A program made the translations under genes and the position numbers. DNA of 45,251 nt from a virus: IMG/VR virus record IMGVR_UViG_3300005830_000058, positions 1 to 45,251 of that record. One strand, 5' to 3'. The stretch's first letter is position 1; each line of letters begins with the position of its first letter. Positions 8,473 to 17,589 of the stretch are shown in pieces. The notes beneath the pieces are model-generated. The model ran no database searches and was not told where the DNA came from. It was given only the letters and a program-made list of their open reading frames with translations.

Positions 8473-9197
8473 CCGTCCCCCTTGGTGCCCAGCATCTTCG
8501 AGAGCCACGACGCTTCTACGGGAGCCTCAGCGGGCTCCTTCGCCTTCGGGAAGGGCGGAAGCATCGACGTGGCAGCCGGCTTGTTGACGAGCGTCACGCC
8601 GAACTTCGCAAGGTCCGCCTCGGCCTCGCGCAGGATCGCCCGCTCATGGTCCCAGCGCGCATCCCAGGACATCTCGGTGCCGTCGTAGCGCGCCACCTCC
8701 TCGCCCGTCACCGCGTCGAAGTTGCCCTCGCCGGTCATCGAGGCGCCCCAGAGCGTCACCGTCCCCACGGCGGGGCCGTCGATCAGCAGCGGGGCGCAGA
8801 GCGCGTACACGATCGAGCGCAGATCCTTGCACCAGGCCCCCATCGGTGGGACCTTGCGCGCGCCCAGGCGCTTCAGGCGCTTCTTGAACGTCGCGGGCAT
8901 GCGCTCGCCGCCGTCGATCTCGAACACGTCGCTCCCGAAGTCCGCCCAGGCCCGCTCGCCGCGCGCCGGCAGGCGCCTCACGATCAGGGTCGGGGAGAGC
9001 CTGAGCACCGCCTCGCGGTTGTGCTGGTGCCTCGAGGGCCGGTCAGCCGCGCACCAGTAGAGCCGCTCGGGCCGGGTGACGCCCAGGCGCTCGAGGCCGA
9101 TCGCCCCGTTGACCGCGATCGTGGGCAGGCCAAGGTCGATTTCACCCGACTGGGGCCGCAGGCCCTTGCCTGGGCAGAGGATGTTCCAGTCGGTCAT
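8469..9197 (-). CDS. Hypothetical protein, 242 aa, between the portal and the scaffold.
   Basis: Listed ORF with ATGA overlaps at both ends (9197 and 8472). It has a weak nucleotide-binding-like pattern (NILCPGKGL...TIAVNGAI...WCAAD). No family was recognised. Confidence 0.7.
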   Translation of the reverse strand: MTDWNILCPGKGLRPQSGEIDLGLPTIAVNGAIGLERLGVTRPERLYWCAADRPSRHQHNREAVLRLSPTLIVRRLPARGERAWADFGSDVFEIDGGERMPATFKKRLKRLGARKVPPMGAWCKDLRSIVYALCAPLLIDGPAVGTVTLWGASMTGEGNFDAVTGEEVARYDGTEMSWDARWDHERAILREAEADLAKFGVTLVNKPAATSMLPPFPKAKEPAEAPVEASWLSKMLGTKGDG

Positions 9198-9544
9198 CTG
9201 GTCTCCTCGTACTCGTAGGCGTAGCCACCCTTCGGGCTCTCACCCTGGGTGCGCGCCGCCGTCTCGTCGATCTGCCTGCGGCCTTCGAATCGCGGGCGCC
9301 CGCTCCGGTCCCAGCCCGCGCCAGCCTTCTCGATCGCCGTGTCGAGCACGGCATCGCGACCGCGCCTGGGAAGCGTGTGGTCCACGAAGCGCTTGTCCTT
9401 GCGAGCGATCACGTTGCGTCGAAACTCAGGCGCAACCCGCTCCCCGTCAACGGCCAGGTCTCCCCGGCGCCGCTTGCGCTCATCCAGTTCCTCTCGGCTC
9501 ACAACCTGACCCGTCACTGCGTCGTAAACCCTGACGTGCCTCAT
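9194..9544 (-). CDS. Hypothetical basic protein, 116 aa.
   Basis: Listed ORF. It is coupled by ATGA overlaps to the portal stop (9541..9544) and to the next gene (9194..9197). Confidence 0.65.
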   Translation of the reverse strand: MRHVRVYDAVTGQVVSREELDERKRRRGDLAVDGERVAPEFRRNVIARKDKRFVDHTLPRRGRDAVLDTAIEKAGAGWDRSGRPRFEGRRQIDETAARTQGESPKGGYAYEYEETR

Positions 9545-11439
9545 CGGCTAGCCCCCGCCATCTGGCCGTTCTCGCGGCCCGTTGCGTGTCCTTCGGTGGC
9601 CCCGCTCACCGAGCGCGCTCCAGCTCGAGGACCGGGCTGGCCGCCAGGCGTCACCTGCGACTTGAGGCGCGGGCGACCAGGCTCCTGGCCCTGCTGCTGC
9701 TCCTGCTGGGCCATCTGCTGCGCAGCCTGCGCCGCCACCTGAAGGTCGATCACCTCGTGCAGGTTCGGCACGTTCATCGTCTGGCCGAGCGTGCGCAGGA
9801 TCATGTCCCACTTGACCCACGGCATGGTCGGGATCGCGGGCGCGATCTCGGTGACGATCTGCATCATCTCCTGCATGCGCCGCTGCTGAGTCGCCTGCGT
9901 CGTGCGTTCCATCGAGAACGGCTCGATCTCGAGCTCCAGGTCATCGAAGGTCGCGCCCGTGCCGTCCTCGTACGTACCGCCCTGGAACTGAAGCTCCTGG
10001 CCCTCGACGGCCATGTCGGGCCCCAGGGGGATCACCACGCGGTCGTCGTGGTAGTCGTACCAGGCGTAGGTCGTAGCCACCTGGGCCATCGCGTCCGCGA
10101 ACTGCTGCTGCACGAACGCCACGCGCGCGTCCGCAGCCTGGTCCGCGATCGACTGCTCGGTCGCCGTCCCAAGGCCCGTCACGTTGCCGCGCATGGCCTC
10201 GGTGAGCCCGCTGTTGCGGTCGAGCCGGCCGCGCAGGACGTTCAGGTGCGTCAGGTGGTGCTCGGTGATGCCGCCAATCTCGGCGGTGACCACCTTCTGC
10301 CCCGAGCTTGCGGCGAGCCCATCCACCGGGATCACGAGCGCGTCACCACCGTCGCGCACTTGGTCGGCAAGGTCCGGGTCGCCCGAGTCCACGAAGACCA
10401 GGCGCTTGTATTCGGCCATCGCCTTCGACGCCGCCTTCGCGTGCTTGTTCAGCTCGCGGATCTGCCTGTCCACCGCGACCAGCGGCGAAAGCGGCATGGG
10501 CATGTCGGGGACCGGGTACACACCGAACATCGTGTAGGGCCCCCAGCGCGGGCCGTAGTACGGCTGCGGCGGCTTGAGCCAGCCGGTCTTGCGGTCCTCG
10601 CCGCCGTCCGCTGCGTCGACGGCAAGCGTGTACTTGACGCCGTGGTAACCCTCGGCGGGCCCGTGGTCCTTCTCCTTGTTGGCGTGCTCGGGGACCCATA
10701 TCTCCCACACCTCGATCTGGTCTCGATCGAACACGAACTCGCGCGGGAAGTCGCCCGAGATGACGTTCGACTGGGACGGCTTGCTCGTGTTCGAGCCCAT
10801 GCTCTCGATCAGCTTCACGTTCCAGTGCTGCTGGTCGTCCTTGTCCCGATACTTGTCGTCCTGGGCCTCCTTGAGCAGGTCTTCCTTGTCGCGCAGGTAC
10901 TTGTGCCCACGGAACCTGACCGCGTCCTGGGTCAGCGCCTGGGGGTCTTGGACGTAGTTCCGCTGGCTGATGCGGTACGCGCGCGGGCCGAAGGGCTCGA
11001 TGGTCTCCCACGAACCTCCCTCTTCGCGGTCGATCCAGCGCTCGGTCGGGCGGCGACCAGGAACCGGCTCCTGCGACACGAGCATGATGCCCCAGTTGAA
11101 GAGCATGTCGGTCGCCACCTCCATCTGGGTGCGGCGGACGTGCTGCTCGCGAAACTGGCGGTTGACGCCGGCAGCCAGGGCCTCGGCGATCATCTCGTGC
11201 ATGCCCACGCGCTGCGACACGATGCGCACGCGGGGGGTGTCGAACGCGATGCGCGGGAGCAGGAGCGAGATGTACTCGTAGTAGTGGTTCTCGGGGAAGT
11301 CGTCGATCGCCCCACGTGCCGAGTAGGCCGGGCCGAAGTAGCGCCGCACCTGCTGGTCGAACGAGATGAGCTTGTCGTCGCGGTACTTCTCCGCCTCGGC
11401 GATCTCCTCGTAGAGCTTGCTCGGGGTGTCAGCCAGCAT
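9541..11439 (-). CDS. Portal protein (about 632 aa).
   Basis: The listed ORF is 9541..11646. Its first 69 residues are Arg/Ser/Thr-rich and overlap terL out of frame, so I place the start at ATG 11439 (MLADTPSKLYEEI...). Its size and position immediately after TerL support the call. Confidence 0.75.
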   Translation of the reverse strand: MLADTPSKLYEEIAEAEKYRDDKLISFDQQVRRYFGPAYSARGAIDDFPENHYYEYISLLLPRIAFDTPRVRIVSQRVGMHEMIAEALAAGVNRQFREQHVRRTQMEVATDMLFNWGIMLVSQEPVPGRRPTERWIDREEGGSWETIEPFGPRAYRISQRNYVQDPQALTQDAVRFRGHKYLRDKEDLLKEAQDDKYRDKDDQQHWNVKLIESMGSNTSKPSQSNVISGDFPREFVFDRDQIEVWEIWVPEHANKEKDHGPAEGYHGVKYTLAVDAADGGEDRKTGWLKPPQPYYGPRWGPYTMFGVYPVPDMPMPLSPLVAVDRQIRELNKHAKAASKAMAEYKRLVFVDSGDPDLADQVRDGGDALVIPVDGLAASSGQKVVTAEIGGITEHHLTHLNVLRGRLDRNSGLTEAMRGNVTGLGTATEQSIADQAADARVAFVQQQFADAMAQVATTYAWYDYHDDRVVIPLGPDMAVEGQELQFQGGTYEDGTGATFDDLELEIEPFSMERTTQATQQRRMQEMMQIVTEIAPAIPTMPWVKWDMILRTLGQTMNVPNLHEVIDLQVAAQAAQQMAQQEQQQGQEPGRPRLKSQVTPGGQPGPRAGARSVSGATEGHATGRENGQMAGASR

Positions 11440-12886
11440 TGCGGTGCCTTTGCGCCTTCTGGGCCCGGCGCTTCTTGCCGGCGTGGTCGAGGATGTCCGC
11501 CGCGCTGTTCGGGCGGTACTCCTGGTGCTTGAGCTTCGGCACCGGGTTCGATGCGAAGAAGTTGAGGCCCGCGTACATGGCCGTATCGCAGGCGTGGTTT
11601 GGGCAGGTCGGGTCCTCCTGCTCGGCTCGAGCGATCGGGTCGTCATCCTCGACCGGCTTCAGCACGTAGTCGTCGAGCTCCTCCTCGAGGCAGCATGGGC
11701 GGCCGGCCTCGTCGAGCTCTTGGTCGCGCTCGCGCAGGGCGTCGCGCACGAGGAACCAGCGCGGGAGCCCGTCGCCGGCCGGCAGCATCGCGTCACGGAG
11801 GAGCTGCCAGCCCGAGTTCTTGGGCTTGGCCTTGAGCGTGGGGCGGGCGAGCCCTTTGGTTGGCCTGCCGTGCTTCCTCGAGAGCCTCGAGTTGAGGATC
11901 GCGATGTTGTTCGGGTCGTGGTCGCAGACGACGGTGGTGAGCGCGTACTCCTCATCGGCGCGGTACACGCGCTCGGCCCACCAGTCGACGGTCTTCTCTT
12001 TCGCGTACCACTCAGCCACGCGGTAGAGGCGGCCGTCGTAGTCGACACCCCAGACCTGGAAGCAGCCTGGGTTGCTGAAGCCCCAGTCGATCGCGCCGAA
12101 GTAGCTCGCGAGCTGGAGGCGCCCGCTCTTGTCGCGCGGGAACCCGTCCCACCGGATGACGTTGCCCTCGTCGTCGCGCTCGAGCTCGAGGTTGACCATG
12201 TGGACGTGCGGGTCCCACATGGGGTAGACGAGGCCCTCGCTCGAGCGCCAGAGGCCGAGGTAGAGCCGGTCGCGGCGGGGCCCGGTCATGCTCGCGAGGC
12301 GCAGCATGTACTCGGGCGTCAGGGAGGGGTTGTCCTCGTGCCTTGACGCGATGCCGAACGTCAGGCCCTTGTCCATGCGGCGCTTGAGCCAGTGGTTCGC
12401 GCCGCCGGGGTTCGTGTCGCCGCAGAGCTGCTGGTAGTCGAGGACGTTGTTACGCAGCGCGCGGCCGAGGGACTCCCACTCGTCCTCGGTGAACTCGATC
12501 GCCTCGTTGACGTAAATGATGTCGTACTCGGTCGAGAAGATCCGAGTCTTGTTGTCCATCCCGCCGAGCACGATCGTCGATCCGTTTGGATAGTCGTAGT
12601 GCGTTCGGACGTGTCTGCTCGGACCGCGCAGGGCGGGATGGTTTGGGGTCAAGACCTTCTGCTCGAACGTGACCTGCCAGGACTCACGGAGCGATGTCAT
12701 GGTCTTGCGCACCACGAGGATGCGCACGTTCGGGACCGTGCTCGCGATGGCGTTTAGCAGGTGCCCGTAGGCAAACGACTTGCCGGTGCCGGCGGGGCCG
12801 TGTACGAGCACTTCGGGCGCGGTGGTGCGCATCAGCTCGATGGCGCTCCCCCTTGGCTCGAAGCGCTTGTAGACGACGCGCACCAT
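11429..12886 (-). CDS. terL: Terminase large subunit, 485 aa.
   Basis: It has a Walker A motif (HGPAGTGKS), a Walker B-like motif (DIIYVNEAIE) and a C-terminal nuclease-like block (GAIDWGFSNPGCFQVWGVDYDGRLY). Confidence 0.9.
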   Translation of the reverse strand: MVRVVYKRFEPRGSAIELMRTTAPEVLVHGPAGTGKSFAYGHLLNAIASTVPNVRILVVRKTMTSLRESWQVTFEQKVLTPNHPALRGPSRHVRTHYDYPNGSTIVLGGMDNKTRIFSTEYDIIYVNEAIEFTEDEWESLGRALRNNVLDYQQLCGDTNPGGANHWLKRRMDKGLTFGIASRHEDNPSLTPEYMLRLASMTGPRRDRLYLGLWRSSEGLVYPMWDPHVHMVNLELERDDEGNVIRWDGFPRDKSGRLQLASYFGAIDWGFSNPGCFQVWGVDYDGRLYRVAEWYAKEKTVDWWAERVYRADEEYALTTVVCDHDPNNIAILNSRLSRKHGRPTKGLARPTLKAKPKNSGWQLLRDAMLPAGDGLPRWFLVRDALRERDQELDEAGRPCCLEEELDDYVLKPVEDDDPIARAEQEDPTCPNHACDTAMYAGLNFFASNPVPKLKHQEYRPNSAADILDHAGKKRRAQKAQRHRNAG

Positions 12887-12887
12887 G

Positions 12888-13427
12888 TCAGTCGCTTCCC
12901 TCGCGCGGCTTCACGTGCGGCAGGCCGCCCTCGATCGAGATGAGCGGGATCTGCACCTCGCCCTGGTGGTCGAGTTTCTGCGCGTCGCCCCAGTCGTCGC
13001 GGAAGCGGCGCTTGAGGCGAGACTCGGCTGCGCGCCAGTCGGGGCGGCGGATGCGCGTCACGTCCACCGCAAGCACGCCCGCCTTGTCGCTCCTGACCAT
13101 GTCCTTCTCGATGGTCTCAGCGAGCCCTTCGGTTGACGCTTTGGCGAGCGTCATCGCGTCTCCGCGAGCGCATTCCCAGCGTGCCCGTGTGAGAGTCTCT
13201 AAAAATCGCGCGTAGGGCTCGTCTTCCTCGTCGGGCTCATCGGCGTCCAGGTAGCGCTGTCCGCGATCTTGCCAGCCGTAGAAGGTGGCGGCGGATATGC
13301 CAGCCGCGATAGCTGCGCCGTGGAACGGCAGACCGACGCGCACGCCGTCCGCTACCTCTGCAATCACCTCGTTGGTGATAACGGAGGGGCGTCCGGGTCC
13401 ACCGGGGTTGCCTTTCTCGTAGGTCAT
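12888..13427 (-). CDS. terS: Terminase small subunit-like DNA-binding protein, 179 aa.
   Basis: It lies immediately upstream of terL. The N-terminus (KGNPGGPGRPSVITNEV...GISAATFYGW) looks like the HTH of small terminases. Confidence 0.65.
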   Translation of the reverse strand: MTYEKGNPGGPGRPSVITNEVIAEVADGVRVGLPFHGAAIAAGISAATFYGWQDRGQRYLDADEPDEEDEPYARFLETLTRARWECARGDAMTLAKASTEGLAETIEKDMVRSDKAGVLAVDVTRIRRPDWRAAESRLKRRFRDDWGDAQKLDHQGEVQIPLISIEGGLPHVKPREGSD

Positions 13428-13954
13428 CTCTGCTTGCGGTTGGGCATGACCATGTTCAGGGTGAACCTGTCAAGGTCTTGACTCATCTCACGAGCGGTCA
13501 TTGGGTGCGTCTCGTTATCGAAGGCGTTACGGAAGCGCGGCACCGAGTATGGCTTCACCGGATCGGCCTCGGGGAACATCGGGTGCGCGGCCTTGTCGTA
13601 GACGACTGGCGCGCCGTAGAAGGTGTAGCTCTGATATCCGGCGTCCCTCGCATCCTCAAACCCCCAGGCGCTCAGAACCTCGCTGCGGTACTGCATCAGG
13701 AACTCCATCGAGACGCGGTACCTGATGGGTTCCTCTCTGTAGCGCTCGACGTGCTCGGAGCGGACGTACTCCAGCCGCTCGATAGCCGTACAGGCGGCAA
13801 GCGGCGACATCATCTGGTAGTCAGCTGCCGAGTCGAGGATCTCGTGGGTGACCGGCTCTTCCTCGAACTCGAGAGCCCACTTCTTCGTGTCGAGGAACTT
13901 CAGCCCGGGCAGGGCCGCGAGCGCGCCCATGAACGATCGTCTGCTTAGGTCCAT
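13424..13954 (-). CDS. Hypothetical protein, 176 aa, with a twin-arginine-like N-terminus.
   Basis: Listed ORF. The N-terminus reads MDLSRRSFMGALAALPGLKF. A GGAGGA SD lies upstream, and there is an ATGA overlap with terS. Confidence 0.7.
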   Translation of the reverse strand: MDLSRRSFMGALAALPGLKFLDTKKWALEFEEEPVTHEILDSAADYQMMSPLAACTAIERLEYVRSEHVERYREEPIRYRVSMEFLMQYRSEVLSAWGFEDARDAGYQSYTFYGAPVVYDKAAHPMFPEADPVKPYSVPRFRNAFDNETHPMTAREMSQDLDRFTLNMVMPNRKQR

Positions 13955-13970
13955 GTCATCCTCCTGCGGT

Positions 13971-14369
13971 TCACGCGCTCCCCAGTGGCGCGATGGTGAC
14001 GATGTCGACGACGGGGATCATCCCGTTCGATGTGGTGTCGAGGCGATACTCGACACGGTAGCGTCGGACGCCCTCGAAGTTGAGGACGGTGGCGGAGAGT
14101 GTGTGGCGGAAGGAGTAGCCGATGTCCTCTGGCTTCCATCCGGTTGTGGCGAGCGTGGGCCCCGTCTCCATCACGTCGCCGACGACGAGCGTGGCGGTGT
14201 AGTAGGGGTCGACGGAGTTGCCGGCGTCGAGGCTGTAGACGTAGACGCGGGCGGTGCTGACATCGGACGCGAATAGCACGTTCCCGTCGGCGTCCACGAC
14301 GCGGGCCGAGGTGGTCAGGTCGACGCCCTCGGGGATGGTGACGCGGCTGTAGACGAGCTGGTTCCCCAT
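13971..14369 (-). CDS. Hypothetical beta-rich protein, 132 aa, translationally coupled to the fibre gene.
   Basis: This is the C-terminal part of listed ORF 13971..15545. Only the section from MGNQLVYSRVTIPEGVDL... looks protein-like. The ATG at 14369 overlaps the fibre stop as ATGA. Confidence 0.7.
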   Translation of the reverse strand: MGNQLVYSRVTIPEGVDLTTSARVVDADGNVLFASDVSTARVYVYSLDAGNSVDPYYTATLVVGDVMETGPTLATTGWKPEDIGYSFRHTLSATVLNFEGVRRYRVEYRLDTTSNGMIPVVDIVTIAPLGSA

Positions 14370-16927
14370 CAGGATGCGTACTCCACCTGAGATGCGGTTG
14401 TCATGGCGTGCGACGCTTGGACCGTCTGGGCGCGCGCGTAGGAGCCTTGCACGGCCTCCGCGTGCGCGAACGTGAGCTGGGCTGCGGCTCGAGCGACGGG
14501 CAGGCCGAGGATGGTGAGCTCCCAGCCGAGGCGCCCCATGTACGGGGTTGCGGCCCCGGCAGTGACGGCGAAGGTGAGCTCGTAGGGGACGTGTACGAAC
14601 CAGTTGCCTGCGGTCGCTCCCCCGGTCTGCCCGGTGAAGTCGATCTCGACGACCGTCTCGAGCACGAACTCGTAGGGGCTGATGTCCCAGGGCGGGGTGC
14701 GGGTGAGGCCCTGGATGTCCCCGTTGACGTGACCGGAGAGGGTCTGTCCGACATCTACGAAGGCACTCGTGGCGTCGAGCGCGGTGTAGTTGTTGTTCGC
14801 GATGTCGAAGAAGTCGGAGGCCGGCGTCTGGCTGGTGAGGCTGTTGCCGCCGACGGCAGAGGCGTCCTCGGAGTAGCAGTAGTCGCTGGAGGCGCTGACC
14901 TTGAAGAAGTCGGCGGTGACGGATCCGATGGCGGCGCAGTTGGTAGCGAGCGCGTTCGTGGTCGGAAGTCCGCCGGTGGTGGTCTTGACGCTGCTCAGGG
15001 CGTAGTCGTTGACCCCACCGGCGTCGATGACGCAGTTTTCGAACACGAAGCCCTCGATGCCGACCTGAACCGTGTAGCCCGAGTTCGCCGGCCCCTTGTT
15101 CACGAATAGGCAGTTTCTGACGGTCAGCGGGTTCGTTGGCCCCCCCGTGGCGTTGACTGCCCAAAAGCACCCCGAGGTGATGCCAACGTCGTCGATCGCG
15201 GAGCAGCCATCCCAGAGGTTGCCTCCAGCGCTTGCTGCCGATCCTGTGTAGAGCCAGCACTGGCCGGTGCCTTGCGTGTGGACGGCTCCGATGCCGACGA
15301 TCTGGGTGTAGTCCTCGAAGTAGACGTAGAGCCCGTTTCCGGTGCCGATGTTCAGTTTCGGGCCGGTGTCGGTGATGGGGTCGTAGTTCCCGACTCCGAT
15401 GCCTGGCCTGAGCGCTCGGTAGTGGTTCGCGTCCGTTGTGGCCCCAGTGATGAGGACGCCCGACGTGAACGTGGAATCGTCGTAGACGTAGCCGATCTCG
15501 ATCACGTCGGCGGCTACCAGGTCGTAGTCGGTGGCTGCCTCCCACGTGACGAAGGAGACGTAGTCGCGCCCAGCGGTTCCGATCGTGCTCCCGATCGTGA
15601 TGGAGAGCTCGGTGCCGGCGGTTGTTGCCCCTCCGGTTGTGGCGCCGAAGTCGATCTCGATGTCTGCGCCTGGGACGGCAACGGTCAGCTCGAGCGCGTC
15701 GGTTGTTGCGGCGCCTACGGTGGGGGCGAACGCGACGGTGGCTGCTAGCTCGAGCTCGGTACCGTCGGTGGTCGCTGCTCCTGCGGTCGCTCCGAAGTCG
15801 ACGGTGGCGACCAGGTCAACCTCGGTCCCGTCCGTCGTGGCGGGCCCTGTCGTGGCCCCGAAGTCGACGGTGAACGCCTCAACTTCGAGATCAAATCCGG
15901 TGGCCGTTGCGCCCCCGGCCGTTGCCCCGAAGTCCACCTCGGCCACCTGCTCCAGGTCGAAGCCGGTTCCGCTCGCGCCCCCTGCCGTCGCGCCGAAGTC
16001 GATCAGGGCGGTGACGCGGTCGTAGGGCCCAATCTCCCACGGTGCGGTGCGCGTGACGCCGTTGTAGTCACCGTTCAGGTGACCCGTGATGGTCGCGCCC
16101 GCGTCGTAGAGTTCTGAGGTACTATCCTTCGGCGTGTAGTTGTTGGAAGCTACGGCCGTGAAGTCGTCCGCTATCGTGTTGGACGCGGTCGAGTGGGTCC
16201 CTGGCGCGGACGTATCTTCTGAGTAGTTATAGTCGCTGGATGCGCTGGTTAGCGAGAAATCGGACACGGTTCCACGCATCGCGGCCACGTTGAACATGTA
16301 CGGGTCGCTTGTACCCGATCCGCCGAACGCTGCCGCAACGTGTTCCCGGCCATCTCCGACGCAGTTCTCGTAGACCCAGTTACAGTCCCCTGACCCTGAG
16401 TTGTAGCAGAGGTACGATGCGTTCGTCGTCGAAGCGTTGATAAACACGCTGTTTCTGACGTACGTGTACGTAGACGTTGACGATACCGTCGACCTGATCG
16501 CCTTGACGAGCGTGCTGCTGGATACCGAGTAGATCGTCAGCCTGTCGAATATGGCTCCGCTTATGTCTGCCGTTGAGTAGAGCCCGTAACTGATTCCCGT
16601 GTGGGCGATGATGAACGCGGTTGCCCGGAAATACGGCTCGTTTACGATTAGTCCGCTGGCAGCCGCAGTTGTTATCTGCGCCCCGGACGCGGTGACTATG
16701 TCGTATTCCGCTCCGCTCGCAGCCCTTAGTTCGCGGTATCGCGTTGCGTCCGTCGTGGCCCCGGCGATCGTGACTCCACCGGCGAAGTCGGAGTCATCGT
16801 AGAGTTCTCCGATTTCTACGTCGTCGCCAGAGACAAGGTCGTTGTCGGTGGCGGCTTCCCAGGCCGAGATGGTCGAGTAGTCTCGCCCTCCAGCAGATCC
16901 GATCGAGCTGGTGTTGGTCGTCGGCAC
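14369..16927 (-). CDS. Tail fibre/spike, 852 aa, with two tandem right-handed beta-helix-like modules joined by a repeat linker.
   Basis: - Listed ORF.
- The two modules open with similar strings: SIGSAGGRDYSTISAWEAATDNDLV... and TIGTAGRDYVSFVTWEAATDYDLV...
- They close with similar strings: NGDYNGVTRTAPWEIGPYD and NGDIQGLTRTPPWDISPYE.
- Repeated xVxNC rungs run through both. Confidence 0.8.
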   Translation of the reverse strand: MPTTNTSSIGSAGGRDYSTISAWEAATDNDLVSGDDVEIGELYDDSDFAGGVTIAGATTDATRYRELRAASGAEYDIVTASGAQITTAAASGLIVNEPYFRATAFIIAHTGISYGLYSTADISGAIFDRLTIYSVSSSTLVKAIRSTVSSTSTYTYVRNSVFINASTTNASYLCYNSGSGDCNWVYENCVGDGREHVAAAFGGSGTSDPYMFNVAAMRGTVSDFSLTSASSDYNYSEDTSAPGTHSTASNTIADDFTAVASNNYTPKDSTSELYDAGATITGHLNGDYNGVTRTAPWEIGPYDRVTALIDFGATAGGASGTGFDLEQVAEVDFGATAGGATATGFDLEVEAFTVDFGATTGPATTDGTEVDLVATVDFGATAGAATTDGTELELAATVAFAPTVGAATTDALELTVAVPGADIEIDFGATTGGATTAGTELSITIGSTIGTAGRDYVSFVTWEAATDYDLVAADVIEIGYVYDDSTFTSGVLITGATTDANHYRALRPGIGVGNYDPITDTGPKLNIGTGNGLYVYFEDYTQIVGIGAVHTQGTGQCWLYTGSAASAGGNLWDGCSAIDDVGITSGCFWAVNATGGPTNPLTVRNCLFVNKGPANSGYTVQVGIEGFVFENCVIDAGGVNDYALSSVKTTTGGLPTTNALATNCAAIGSVTADFFKVSASSDYCYSEDASAVGGNSLTSQTPASDFFDIANNNYTALDATSAFVDVGQTLSGHVNGDIQGLTRTPPWDISPYEFVLETVVEIDFTGQTGGATAGNWFVHVPYELTFAVTAGAATPYMGRLGWELTILGLPVARAAAQLTFAHAEAVQGSYARAQTVQASHAMTTASQVEYAS
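15593..16003 (-). repeat. Six tandem coding repeats of about 63-72 nt (consensus VDFGATAGGATTDGTELxLxAT) linking the two beta-helix modules.
   Basis: Fibre residues 309-445 read IDFGATAGGASGTGFDLEQVAEV / VDFGATAGGATATGFDLEVEAFT / VDFGATTGPATTDGTEVDLVAT / VDFGATAGAATTDGTELELAAT / VAFAPTVGAATTDALELTV... / IDFGATTGGATTAGTELSITIG. Confidence 0.9.
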
Positions 16928-16932
16928 GGGGC

Positions 16933-17589
16933 CTAGCCTCCGCCGCCAAGCCCGCCTGGCGTGATGCCGGGCGTCTTCTTGGGCGTCACGACCGGATCAG
17001 GCGTCGGCAGCAGCGTGTGGACCTGGGTGACGATCGGGTCGGTGAAGTCGATTCCGGTGCCTGCGATCGCGCCGGCCTTGATCGGCTTGAGCCACTTGGT
17101 CGGCTCCTTGATGTCCGCCACCTGGGCGGCCTTGAGCTTGGCCGTGTAGTCGACGTTGATGCGCGTGTGCCAGTGCTGGCCGCCTAGCTCGTACATGAGC
17201 GGGAACGCGGTGGGGAACGGCAGCGGAGCTCCGTTGTCGAGCGTCGTGGGCCAGTTCTCGATCACGATGCAGACGTGGCGCTTCAGGTCGAGCTTTCCCC
17301 AGTTGCTCGAGAGCCCCCCGTCGGGGTCGACCTTGTCGGCGATCCACTGGACCTTCTCGGCCTGGCCCTTCGTGGTGGCCTCCTGCACGTCGGCCTTGGC
17401 TGCGAGGATCGGGTACTTCGCGAGCCATTGGGCGTCGAGCGTGGGTTTGTCCCAGAGCGCGACGAGTTCGTCCTTGTCGAGCGTGTCGCCGACCGCCTGG
17501 ACGATGATGATGTCCCCGTCGGCCTTCTGGCCGGGCCCTGGAAGGAACCCTGCCGGCCTGACGCGGACCAGGGCTTCAACCGTTGTCAT
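16933..17589 (-). CDS. Hypothetical virion-module protein (about 218 aa) with a Gly-rich C-terminal tail.
   Basis: The listed ORF is 16933..17724. Its first 45 residues are an His/Arg-rich artefact. The ATG at 17589 (MTTVEALVRVRP...) overlaps the upstream stop as ATGA. Confidence 0.7.
   Translation of the reverse strand: MTTVEALVRVRPAGFLPGPGQKADGDIIIVQAVGDTLDKDELVALWDKPTLDAQWLAKYPILAAKADVQEATTKGQAEKVQWIADKVDPDGGLSSNWGKLDLKRHVCIVIENWPTTLDNGAPLPFPTAFPLMYELGGQHWHTRINVDYTAKLKAAQVADIKEPTKWLKPIKAGAIAGTGIDFTDPIVTQVHTLLPTPDPVVTPKKTPGITPGGLGGGG

Noticed and set aside
9586-11646. 648-aa plus-strand ORF antisense to the portal gene, and the 69-residue N-terminal extension of the listed portal ORF.
   Set aside because: The antisense ORF is Arg/Leu/His-rich nonsense. 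The extension (TTRSLEPSRRTRPAQTT...) overlaps terL out of frame, whereas ATG 11439 gives a sensible start.
14370-15545. N-terminal ~390 residues of listed ORF 13971..15545 (524 aa).
   Set aside because: This is an Arg/His-rich off-frame shadow of the fibre gene. Only the last 132 codons, from ATG 14369, look like a real protein.
15593-16003. Possible CRISPR array or DGR variable/template repeats, given the regularly spaced ~66-nt repeats.
   Set aside because: The repeats are contiguous with no spacers, in frame inside the fibre ORF, and imperfect at the protein level. There is no cas gene and no reverse transcriptase anywhere in the window.
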